From Octopus vulgaris (lineage: Eukaryota): 64,000 nucleotides of DNA. The stretch spans positions 3,720,001 to 3,784,000 of the forward strand of contig OX597834.1 of assembly GCA_951406725.2 (NCBI GenBank), written 5' to 3'. Every line of letters starts with the position of its first letter. Position 1 is the stretch's first letter. The notes below the pieces were generated by a model. It was not told the DNA's origin. It made no database searches and saw nothing but the letters and a program-made list of their open reading frames with translations. This document shows, piece by piece, positions 51,959 to 64,000 of the stretch. A program made the position numbers and the translations under genes.

Positions 51959-54900
51959 CTGTGGAAAAGCAAAAGAAAAAAATATATATATATAGCAATC
52001 CCTAGTGTGAAATATATCATTTATTGGCACATTTCACTGTTTTGTCATTGTTACTAAGCCCTGGTCAGGTCGACTTATGAGAAATGAGAAATGTGATTAC
52101 CTATTTTTCTGAAGATGGTAAGGTGTTATTTGACTGAGATTTTGTTGTTATTTTTTGTAAGTTAAATGGGGACACAACATTATTGATAACCAACACAAAC
52201 AGATCGTGCCTGACAGACACAATCAAACTTTCCATAACCCACTAGGACTATTTATACCGGAGGATCGCGGTTTCGATTCCCAGACCAAGCGTTGTGTGTG
52301 TTTATTGAGTGAAAACACCTAAAGCGACCCCTGTTGTACTCTTTCACTCTAACTTTCTCTCACTCTTTCTTCCTGTTTCTTGTCCCTGACTTCCTACGCA
52401 ACCGCTGAGCCAACCACACAATCCGTTCACACAGAATCAAATTATTGCTTCTACTCACAAAGAAAACGGTTGATACCCGACACTGACAGTTGATGGCCAA
52501 TAGAGACAACTGGCGACACCTCACACACTTGTTTATAACTCACAAATACGTTGACAGCCACAGAAACTGTACACAACGTAAACTATTGATATTCCACACA
52601 AATGTTTAGTCTGTAATGAATCAGGAAAGCCCTGATTTTTGTCCGCGCTATCGCAACTTCAACCAATTGAGCTGGGTGCATAGGAATACCAAAGAGCATT
52701 TATCTGCCCTCTTGATTGATGCCCATATTCTTGAGAGTCAGCAGATGGATTCGACATGGATCACATCGTTTCTCTCAGATGGAACCTGCTTGTTTGTATT
52801 TCTTACCACCTTAGCACTGCAAGCTTCAAAACCCATTTGGGCAATAGTAAATTTGGCTCCTACCTATATATACACCTGCTTGGTTCATCACTTGTCAACT
52901 CTCATTACAATCCAAATGAAGTTACAATGTTTCGTTTACAAACATGTCTTCTGACATTCATTTTACGCCGGGCATTTTTCAAACAGCAGACTTTCCACAC
53001 AGGGGATTTCCTGCATTGGTGCCGACCCGACATCGAAATATTTCTTTCAGAAATATTCCCCCACCCCACCAAAAAAAAAATGAAAAGAACAATTTGAACT
53101 CATGACATCCTTCATATGCATATTTAAAAAAAAATTATCAAACAGTGCTGAGTAGACATAAACTGTGAAATTGCACAAATCTAATATGTCAAAGCTGTCT
53201 TTTGTATTTTTCCAAGAAAAAATTTACTAGTGGCATTCTTCACATGATATCTTCATTTTTTCCCTTTAAATCACGTGGATGCATTTCGTTTTTCAATATG
53301 GCTGCTGTTCTTACCGACCTTCTTGTTCACACATAGCTGTGTGATGCCTTACACATGCGCAGCAGTGCCCAACACACATGTATTGCCATGATTCAAATTT
53401 TATTTTTTCTCACTTGCTGCCATTGGTCACATCATTTTAATTTCTGTCGTTGATTCATTCTTCACTGGACCACTGGACTTCTGGCTCCACCTAATGAGCT
53501 TCTCCAGAACTTTGTTTATCATGTGGCTTCATCCAATGAGGGTGACACTTTATTGAGTCATTTTATGGAGTCACTCCACACAACCAAATTGATTATACTC
53601 TTCCTAAGCCAACTGTTTATGCTTTACACAAACCATTGGTATCAGAGGCAAATTTTAAATACCCAACAAATACTTAAGAAAAAGAAGTCTGCTAATATCC
53701 ACATAAACTGTTAATAAATAGCACACACTATAAATTCTCCATTCAAAATTCTGGTATCTCATACAAAGAGCCTTTGGAGCTCCACACACACTATTAGTAT
53801 CTGACGCAAAAACAAAAAAAAACCTGTTGATATCCACACAAACTGGTTACACCAGATACGAGTTGTTGAAAGGGAAACTGTTGACACTCATTGAAATAAG
53901 GTCTTCATACTCCATATTTCCAACACAAACAAACTGTTGTTATCCCACTAAAATCTTTCATACCCCACAGTTGATGACCCACAGAAACAAATTTTGAATG
54001 CAGATAACCCACATACTCTTGATATTCCAAACGGTAGATACCCCTTACCCCATTCTCCATACACATGCAATCTTTTGATAACCCTCACAAACTGTTGATA
54101 ACCCACAGAAATAAACTTTTTACTGTTGTTACTCTACACCAGTATTTCCCAAAGTGGGTGGTACTGTCCACCCCTCTTGGGAAGGGGGCAGTAGGAAGAT
54201 CCTGGATGGTGCATTAAAAAAAATGGGGTCGCCAAATTTATTTGTCTCTGTGCTAAACTGAAGCAAGTCAATAACCATTCCCAGGTCTGTTCTTTATTTA
54301 TGAATGCATTTTCAATAATCATCATCATCATCGTTTAACGTCCGTTTTCATCGCTAGCATGGGTTGGACGGTTCGACCGGGGTCTGGGAAGCCAGGGCCT
54401 GCACCAGGCTCCAATCTGATCTGGATGCCCTTCCTAATGCCAACCACTCCGCGAGTGTAGTGGGTGCTTTTTACGTGCCACCTGCACAGGTGCCAGGAGG
54501 TCTGGCATCGGCCACGTTCGGATGGTGCTTTTTATGTGCCACCAGCACAGAAGCCAGTCGAGGCGGCGCTGGCATCAGCCGCGTTCGGATGGTGCTTTTT
54601 ATGTGCCACCGGCACAGAAAGTAAAAACCTATTTTAAACTTACAAACAAATAATTTTTATTCTTTAATATAGTACAGTGAAAAAAAGTAATCTAAATTTA
54701 CGAATGCAATTTGGTGGTATTTACCGTACTTTGCAGAGTCTTTATTTATGAATGTAATTTACAATAAGGTATCGTAAAATAAAAGCCTCTTTTAAGCTTA
54801 AAAAACAAATTCAGTAATTATCATTATTTTGCAATAGCAAAAAAAAAACTAAATTGTTTTAAATTTACCAATATGTACATACAGTTTGGTGATTTCTTGA

Positions 54901-55198
54901 TTTCATGATTTCATTCACTAAGCTACACTACTTTATGGTGTGTATCTTAACATTTACTCTACGTATTTTAATATGATTTTATATGCTTTTATTTATTGTG
55001 CAGTAACATGATTTTTTTGTGTTTTAACAGTTTACTAGTGATTTTACGATTCCAGTATTTGTGGCTGACAGTTGTAAAGTCAAGAAAAATGACTTGATTT
55101 TATTTTTCCATATATTATTTTTGAAAACCAACGTATAATCAAGAATGACTTAAATCGAAACGACTTAAGCCAAGGTATGCCTGTAGTTAGTTTCAATA

Positions 55199-55240
<42 letters not shown>

Positions 55241-55250
55241 TAGATAGATA

Positions 55251-55643
55251 GGCGCAGGAGTGGCTGTGTGGTAAGTAGCTTGCTTACCAACCACATGGTT
55301 CCGGGTTCAGTCCTACTGCGTGGCACCTTGGGCAGGTGTCTTCTACTATAGCCTCGGGCCGACCAAAGCCTTGTGAGTGGATTTGGTAGACGGAAACTGA
55401 AAGAAGCCTGTCGTATATATGTATATATATGTGTGTGTGTGTGTTTGTGTGTCTGTGTTTGTCCCCCTAGCAATGCTGGTGTGTTTACGTCCCCGTCACT
55501 TAGCGGTTCGGCAAAATAGACCGATAGAATAAGTACTGGACTTACAAAGAATAAGTCCCAGGGTCGATTTGCTCGACTAAAGGCGGTGCTCCAGCATGGC
55601 CGCAGTCAAATGACTGAAACAAGTAAAAGAGAGTAAAGAGAGT
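55251..55643 (+). mobile_element. SINE family 1 copy
   Basis: Similar to 15878-16302. Confidence 0.9.
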
Positions 55644-55652
55644 ATATATATA

Positions 55653-56162
55653 ACTCATATTATTCCTCCTCATGATAAAAACTGTCTTCGGGCGACATGA
55701 CACAAAGAATCCACAACTTAAAAATAACTGGTTAATTCCCTATTGCAATTTTGACGTTAGGGACCTCTTAATTATTTATAATAGATCCTCTGTAATATTT
55801 TGTTACATTAATTTCTAATTATTAAAATTTTCCTAACTAAAATTTTCCGGTGATTTTGCCATGGCTCGAATTTACTGGTCTTTTCACATAAACGCTGTGC
55901 ATGGTATTTGAATTCAAAACTTGAATGTGTAGAGAGAGGTTGAAACATTTCTCTTGCTGGTTAGGATTCATGCTAGCCCCAAGGTAAAGTCTTGTTTTGA
56001 TTTCTATCTATAGGAATATTTCCCGACAAGATGAATAGGTCCCTTAAGAGGTCCCTAACATTGAAATTGCAATAGGGAATTAACCAGTTATTTTTAAGTT
56101 GTGGATTCTTTGTGTCATTTTGCCTGAAGACAGTTTTTATCGTGAGGAGAAATAATATGAGT
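55653..56162. mobile_element. Foldback/MITE-like element with ~119-bp inverted arms
   Basis: 55653-55771 is the reverse complement of 56044-56162 with few mismatches. Confidence 0.75.
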
Positions 56163-56357
56163 GATAGAATGGCTTTATAGTGGTTTTGGCTGCTATTTTT
56201 AACATGCAAGGGTTTTTTTAACCCTCTTAGTTAGTTGTTCATAATTATAAACGTTTTTCTTCTTAGTATTTTATGATATCATGTTTGGCCATTGATATAT
56301 TAAAAAATAATCTTAATTATTTATAATATATCCTCCATTATGTTTCATTGCATTACT

Positions 56358-56391
<34 letters not shown>

Positions 56392-56541
56392 TCATCATCA
56401 TCATCATCATAGTCGTTTAACGTCCACTTTCCCACTTTCCATGCTAGCTTGGGTTGACTGTGGGTTTTACTGTGGGCTGGCGAACCAGATGGCTGCACCA
56501 AGCTCCAGTCTTGATCTGGCAGAGTTTCTACAGCTTGATGC

Positions 56542-56594
<53 letters not shown>

Positions 56595-56995
56595 GCTCGA
56601 AACGTTAAAGACTTGTTTTATTTATATTTCCTGAGCGCCATACTAATACAATTGTTTGTTTGTTTTCCACCTGCCTTCGTCTTTTGTCTATTTTCATAAA
56701 GCTTCCCATTATATATATGATGGGCTTCTTTCAGTTTTTGTCTATCATATCCACTCAAAAGGCTAAAGGCTTTGATAGGCCCATGGCTAGAGTAGAAGAT
56801 ACTTGCCTGAAGTGTCATGCCGTGGAACTGAAATCATGTTTTAGTTGGGAAGCAAATTTCTTACCCCATAGCCATACCTGCACCACATCATCATTGTCTT
56901 TTAATGTTTGTTGTCCCTAATGGTATGGGTTGGACGATTTGACCAGAGCTGGTAAGCTGAGGGGCTGCACCAGACTCCATGTGTGTGTATTTATA

Positions 56996-57240
56996 TATAA
57001 TCAGAATAAGCAACAAGGATATCCAAGGTAGAGTAGTACAATTGTTTCATGCTACTTCATTTTATTAAACAATGTAAGTATTACATCAGTTTTAAAATGT
57101 CGAGCAATCTTCAGCCACATATAGAAGATTGCTCTTCATTTTAAAACTGATGTAATACTTATAGTGTTTAATAAAATGAAGTAGCATGAAACAATTGTAC
57201 TACTCTACCTTGGATATCCTTATTGCTTATTTTGAGTATA
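56996..57240. repeat. ~117-bp-arm palindrome with an 11-nt loop
   Basis: 56996-57112 versus 57124-57240. Confidence 0.9.
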
Positions 57241-57363
57241 ATCACCCCATTTGATTTATATGGATAATACCATACCAAATTCTGGTACCTTTAACTTAAG
57301 TACCATATTCATCTGAATCTAAATTTTGCTGAACTTACATATATATATATATATGTACAATTA

Positions 57364-57448
<85 letters not shown>

Positions 57449-58795
57449 GCTTTGGGTATTCTAGGTAGGCTATAGAAATTGTTGGTTTTGAAATTGAAGT
57501 TGCATATAATCAAATTCATTAGTGTCAAACAGCTGTGGTACATATTCAATAAAGTTGTTAGATTTCCTAGTAATTTTTATTGTTTATAGTTCGTTTTTTA
57601 GTTATTATTTTCTAGCAATATCCTTATAATAAATAATCTGTATCCATGATAACAACAGCATTACCTTTACTGGCTTCTTTGAGTGTAATTTCACTGTCTT
57701 TTATTTCCTGTAGAACATTAGATTTTACCATTTTTTTATCTTGAGAATTTTGGTTTAATGCTTATGTCTTCAATTATTTCAAGATTCATAATATATTCAC
57801 AGAGCAAATCAAGTGCTTTATTCTTTCTTTCTTTCGATAAAAAGCACTTTTATTTCTTCTAATTTTTTCTCTTTACCCTTTTGATACAAATAGGTCTCGC
57901 CCTGGATATAATAAACTATGGAATAGGCTGTGAAAGATTTGTATGAAGGTCGACAAAGTAAACACATCACAACAATTACATGTTTCAAGGTGACCACCCA
58001 CATTTAACTCAATCCACCCATTCACTGTGATTGGTTGACCTAGAAGAAATATCAGTTTAATCTTGCTCATATCACATCTCATCTTGCTACCAATGCCTTC
58101 CTACATAAGCAATGACTGTGAAGAGCACAGAATGGTCACACCTTTTGATAGTTGATCTTTCCAGACAAGGATGACAACAACTACAAGTTTAACCACCCAC
58201 AACCCCCTCAACCACCCACAGGGCAACCTAAATCCTCCGGGTTACTTCTCCTCTACACCCTATGCATAGAGAATTCGAAAACAACTTCCAAAGATGACAT
58301 GACCGCTTAAATGTCCTTAAGCTTTACCAAAACTTAATGCTGAGCTGGTTTGGTTATGTCACACAGATGGAGGAGGGCAGTTACATAAAGAAATTCAGAT
58401 CGCTTAAAGTGGAAGTTTTGGAAGAGGGAGAACCCGGAAGGCGTGGGACGAAGTATTGAAGGCCAATCTCAAAATGCCAAACCTTATGAAGGACACGGCA
58501 GAGGACAGAGCCATGTGGCACATTGCTGTACTTGAGAATACCCACCTACCACAACATAATTGAGCTCCTAAAACTAAGGTATCATGTAAAAAGCATTAAT
58601 GTGGGTGCTAGTATCACACGAAGAGCACCCTATACACTCTGTGGAGTGATGGGCATTAGGAAGGGTATTCAACTGTAGAAACCAAACTAAAACAAACTAT
58701 TGGACTTGATGTGGCCCTTGGCTTTGCCAGTTCCTGTGAAACCCTCCAGTCCATACCAAAATGAAAAACAGACATTAAAGGATGATGATGATGAT

Positions 58796-58895
58796 NNNNN
58801 NNNNNNNNNNNNNNNNNNNNNNNNNNNNNNNNNNNNNNNNNNNNNNNNNNNNNNNNNNNNNNNNNNNNNNNNNNNNNNNNNNNNNNNNNNNNNNN
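58796..58895. other. Assembly gap (100 N)
   Basis: Run of N within a (GAT)n tract. Confidence 1.
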
Positions 58896-59957
58896 GGTGA
58901 TGATGATGATGATGATGATAATTCCATGCTGATTTTATATAGCCAAACCCACATCCAAAAACAACTAGACTACCTCTCCAAGATCACAAAATAGTCCAAC
59001 CTCGATGGACCAACCTTTGTGGACCAACTGCTACAAAACGTAAATACAACATATATTGGAATTCTGCTCACTTAGACTGCATCATTGTCATCCATTGTCA
59101 TCCTTATCAATCGAACAAGGGAAGCTCAGTCTACTAGAAATAGCAAATAATCTTCTTTAAAATGGAAGGACATATTAGAAAATGGTAGAAAGCAACATTA
59201 GGAAATATATGAGATAATCATGAATGAAACATCTTTGACCATGGGGTGGGGGGCGGGGGTTCTGCTCATGGGATTGATGTTAATTGGCTAGCCCCTTCTC
59301 CACCGTCACTAAATTCCAGGCCTTGTGCCTATAATAAAAAGAACTAGCACTATGACCCTAGTGCATGCATATACAGCTGCATGCGTGTGCACATACACGC
59401 TAGTACTGTCCAAATCTCTGACCTATCACATACAGTTAGCTGGCATTCAATTGCATATCAAGTTTTGGGCATTTTGATTGGGTTTTGGATAGAAAATTCA
59501 CAAAAAAGTAACTTCTATTGACTTTTTAATGGCTTTGTGGGGTGACTGGGGAAATGTAAAGATGTGCACGACCACCCTTGGATGGTTTTGAATAACAATA
59601 GAAAGTGCGAGCCCTCTAACTGAAAAATTGTGGATTTGTATAAAGGACACACACACACACACACAGACAGACATTTTGCCATTTATATATATAGAGATTA
59701 TCGTCAATGTCATTAAACAGGGGGTCACAAGGGGATTTCAATAAATGATAAGGCAAAAAATAATTTTAATAAAGAAAAAGTCGATGTGCATTCAGACATG
59801 TGCAGGGTGAAAATGAGTGTTGGTTTGAGAACTAGGATGGTGGTGGTGGTGGGGGTGTATATTATTTTGGTTTCTTGCCTGGGAAAGCAGTTGTTTTGAG
59901 TGCTTGGATGGAGAATTGTTTTGGAAGCATCAATGAAAGTATGTGTTTGGTACTTAC

Positions 59958-60298
59958 ACAGTGAAATGATAAATGAAACACTTCCAGCCTGTTGGTCTTT
60001 CTAAAAAGTTGTAGACTTTTGCCTGTAGCGTTAGATTGCTGCGGTATGTCCTAAACCTTGTATTCATCATGTACGGTGATGGGTAGAGCTTCTCGTAGGC
60101 GGGGGGTGGCGGCGATTTGTTTTCAAATGTTTGTGAGTTTGAACTTGAAGACATCTCAGATTCCATATAGTCAAAAATGGGTGCGACCCCATTTCCTGGA
60201 GGACCACATTCTCTCTTTTTTGGCAAATGGTCTCCTTCAGTTTTCGGAGGGATCGGTCGATCCTTCATAGGTTCTATAAATGTACTACTCGTTGACAT
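59958..60298 (-). CDS. KCNQ1: KCNQ1-type K+ channel, coding exon 1 (N-terminus, S0, start of S1)
   Basis: Translates MSTSSTF...[23 protein letters not shown], matching human KCNQ1 [26 protein letters not shown] donor at 59957, phase 2. The start codon is less certain; an upstream exon is possible. Confidence 0.9.
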
Positions 60299-60395
60299 TT
60301 CTTTGCATAATACGCAACAGGGGAAACATATACTTTTTTTGCAGTTCCCTTTTTGTTACTTGATTTTTGCTTCTATCTTATTCTACCTCATTTAC

Positions 60396-60483
<88 letters not shown>

Positions 60484-60620
60484 GCTATTGTCGCTATTGA
60501 GGTTATTAATACTTTTGCTTTTGGAACTGATCATAGGTATGTAAATATTTACACACACACACACACATATATACATATATATATATATATGCAAACACAC
60601 TCTTATATATATAAATATTA

Positions 60621-60651
<31 letters not shown>

Positions 60652-60894
60652 TGTATGTATGTATGTATGTATGTATATGTGTGTGTATGTGTGTATGTAT
60701 GTATGTATACACACACAGTTAATACTAAATAGTTATAATGTTCTTAGTAACATTCAAAGTTGAAACGAACTCAATACTTTAGTTAGAGCAGCTATTTAAT
60801 ATATACTGTGAAACCTCCTACTTACAGAGTTTATATATATATATATGCATCTATACATATACACGCACACATATATGTTTATATACATACATAC

Positions 60895-60951
<57 letters not shown>

Positions 60952-61576
60952 GACTACATGATAACATACATATCTATGCTTGTATGTGTAAATATATACA
61001 TATATCTATGCATGTAATTATGTTGCAATTTACATACATACATACATATATATATACACATACACTACATATACACACATATATACATTACATATATGTG
61101 TGTGTTGTATAGTTAGCATTAATTAATGTGTTACATCTTCAGTAACACTACAATGATAGTTATGTGTGAATATATAAGCATGCATGTTTGTGTTTTGATA
61201 CATGTGTAACAACCAGGTCCATGTATAAACATAGACCTTTGAATTGCTAATGAGGTTTTACACCTTAGGGGAGGTAAATGTCTTTTTTTTCTTTTTTCCG
61301 ATTCATTTTCATTTTCTTTTGCATATTTCCGTTTAAATTTCCAACCTGGTATAGCTAAGTATATCTTTTGTCAGACTTTTCCATCATAGTGACCAAAACA
61401 GTACTTCACCTGTTGTTAAAAAAGAAAATATAATAAGTTTAGTTTAGAGGTATTTTGGTATCGACACTAAACAACAAAACAACTTGGTTTAGATTACTAA
61501 ATAAAAAAAAAATAGGCAAAATAATAGTATATCAAATTTTAAATCTGAATTTTTAAGGAACCAAATATATTATTAT

Positions 61577-61797
61577 TCTTTTACTCTTTTACTTGTTTCA
61601 GTCATTTGACTGCAGCCATGCTGGAGTACCGCCTTTTAATTGAGCAACTCGACCCCGGGACTTATTCTTTTGTAAGCCCAGTACTTATTCTATCAGTCTC
61701 TTTTGCCGAACTGCTAAATGACGGGGACATAAACACACCAGCATCGGTTGTCAAGTGATGCTAGGGGACAAACACAGACACAGAAACACACACACGC

Positions 61798-61836
<39 letters not shown>

Positions 61837-61978
61837 TACGACGGGCTTCTTTCAGTTTCCGTCTACCAAATCCACTCACAAAGCTTTGGACACTTGCCCA
61901 AAGTGCCATGCAGTGGGACTGAACCTGGAACCATGTGGTTGGTAGACAAACTACTTACCACACAGCCACTCCTGCGCC
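61577..61978 (-). mobile_element. SINE family 1 copy
   Basis: Similar to 10249-10653. Confidence 0.9.
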
Positions 61979-64000
61979 TATTGTTTGTATTTTTTTGTAT
62001 TGTTTGTATTTTTTTTAACATTAAATTTTATTAAATTATATTCTTTTCAATGTAAGGAGTTTCACATTTTTTTCATCCAGACAGTTGATCCTGCACATTG
62101 ATAGGTTTGCAGAATCAGCTTTTGAATATCCAATTAACTCAAAGCTCAAAATTGAAATTGGTCAAATACTACAGTGTGCAACTACTTTTATCACTTTAGG
62201 TAATTTGCTAAAATGTACAAGGCTGTCCAACATTTAACTTCCCTGAATTATTTTTGTGCTGAATTTCCCTCCACATGGTGTAATTAGGGCATGGATTAAT
62301 GTTTGTCATTTAAGTCTGGGAAAGACAGTTATGAAATTTCTCACTGAAAAACTTGCATAGATGCTTTATTTACAGTGTTCAAATGCTTGTGATACACATA
62401 AGCCTACCACCTCCATCAAATTGACATTGCTTATACAGGTGCAGAGCAACCTGTGATGAGGTGTTTTTTGCTCGAAATACAAAGCTCTGCCCAGTTCATG
62501 AATCAAACCCACAATCTCGCAGTTGTACATGTTACACCCTTATCATTAAACAACACATTCTGATGGGTAGATACTGCTACCTACATACAAACATTTTAAA
62601 TTTTGGTGACTTTATTATATTGTCATGTTTTAAATATTTATTAAACATTATTTTTTTCTCCTCATCAACTGGAAAATTGCATCAATATTCAAAGAAAAAA
62701 AAAACTTTATTTACATGGGAACCAATCAAGCCAATAAAGGAAACTTTGTATGATTACTTGATCTGCCAGAAATTCTGCTTGCAACCTCACTCAATCCTCT
62801 TAAAAGAGGAAGGGCTTATTAGCCAATGTTGTCCAAGATTTACAAAAAAGATGGAATGGCCACTGGTAAACATGCCTTGCGAAACTACTTTCATCTAAGT
62901 GCTCTGCACGACACTCTCAAACTCTGAGTTACTCCTGTAACATTTTGTGCCTTCTTTATTTAACAAACAACTTAATCCTAATTAGTTTCATGACAATGCC
63001 AGATTGCATTTTTACATCAAGTGTCTCATTGCACTGGTTGCACATAACTGCATTTGGTGTTAGGATCCAATTCCATTACTTTGTTCTTATAAATATTTAC
63101 GACCTCTGATCTAGCGAAAGATACTGGTTTCGTCCAGTGAGAATCAGTTCTGACATTTCTGCTTTTAGACTGGAACTTTCACTTTCACTCAGTTCTTCTC
63201 TATCAAGTCTTGCAGGGGTGTTGGTCATGGAGTGGTTTTTCTCTGTGTTTCTTCTTTGGTATGTTTTGTAATTTCGTTTTGAAATTGTTTATTGTATCTT
63301 TAACCAGTTCTGCTCTGTTATTTTCTGAATTTATCATTTCAATGTTTTGTGTTTCTACTTTATCAGCATTTCTTCCAATTTTACATTCTGAGTTCAAATT
63401 CCTTGTTACATGATAGTGAGATGTGTACAAACTGCAATGCTACATGGAAGTGAGACATGAGTCCTAAATACAGAGGACGCACAAAGACTAGAGAGGAATG
63501 AAGCTAGTATGCTTTGTTGGCTGTGCAATGTCAGTGTACATGTCTGACAGAGTGCCACTGTATTGAGAGAAACGTTAGGCATAAGAGGAATTAGATGTAG
63601 TTGGTAAGAGAGACGGCTGCACTGGTTCAGTCACAAATGGACAAGGCCAGTCACGTAAAAAAGACATGGGATGAAGTATTGAAGGCCAATCACATGTTAC
63701 GCACTGGGGTTGATGTAATCAACTTAATCCCTTTTTCTTCCTTGTTTAACCCCCTGCGGGCAATAAGGAAAAAATATTGCATAATATTGTTAATACAGTT
63801 ATATTTTGTGTCTATACTCTATTTGCTTTTATTCATATAAATTTACGATACGACTGATATAATTTGAGATGAAGTGAATTAAGGATAGCGATGCAACATT
63901 TCGAAAAAAGAAAAGAAGAAAAACGAGAGAAGAAATGCGAAATGAAGGTGCCATAATTAAATTTCTCATCAGACCCAAGCGTTCATATGAAACTGGTATT

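Noticed and set aside
53800-54110. Loose AAACTGTTGATA.CCCAC repeats
   Set aside because: A highly degenerate tandem relic with no definable unit or function.
62461-62898. 145-aa ORF upstream of KCNQ1
   Set aside because: AT-rich, non-ATG start, and no recognisable motif or splice support.
60299-64000. KCNQ1 promoter or upstream non-coding exon
   Set aside because: No supportable TSS or core-promoter signature among the microsatellites and repeats; CAGE or 5' RACE is needed.

Overview
AT-rich, microsatellite- and retroelement-dense animal genomic DNA. The SINE repertoire resembles that of octopus/coleoid cephalopods; the species is inferred, not proven. The window holds one complete-looking gene on the minus strand: a KCNQ1/Kv7.1-type voltage-gated K+ channel. 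I read 14 coding exons (60298..5165, 1830 nt, 609 aa), all with GT-AG introns and consistent phases. Eight internal exon lengths match human KCNQ1 as I recall them, and two human introns are missing. The introns are filled with tRNA-headed SINEs, R4/Dong-like RLE LINE 3' ends stacked in (TAA)n tracts, RTE/CR1/Penelope/Gypsy/mariner/Chapaev/MULE remnants, non-autonomous Helitrons, MITEs and a 75-copy 21-bp minisatellite. Most interesting observations: (1) at least five unrelated Penelope-type or SINE-like repeat families carry type I hammerhead-ribozyme motifs, several on the KCNQ1 pre-mRNA strand; (2) one such motif, with a U3-A8 core variant, sits in a ~135-bp hairpin in the probable 3' UTR; (3) regulatory motifs appear relocated relative to human KCNQ1 (PPxYxxL at the N-terminus, RRxS cluster in the C-terminal linker); (4) the pore signature is an unusual TVMTIGYG. 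All calls come from manual reading; no searches or folding programs were run.
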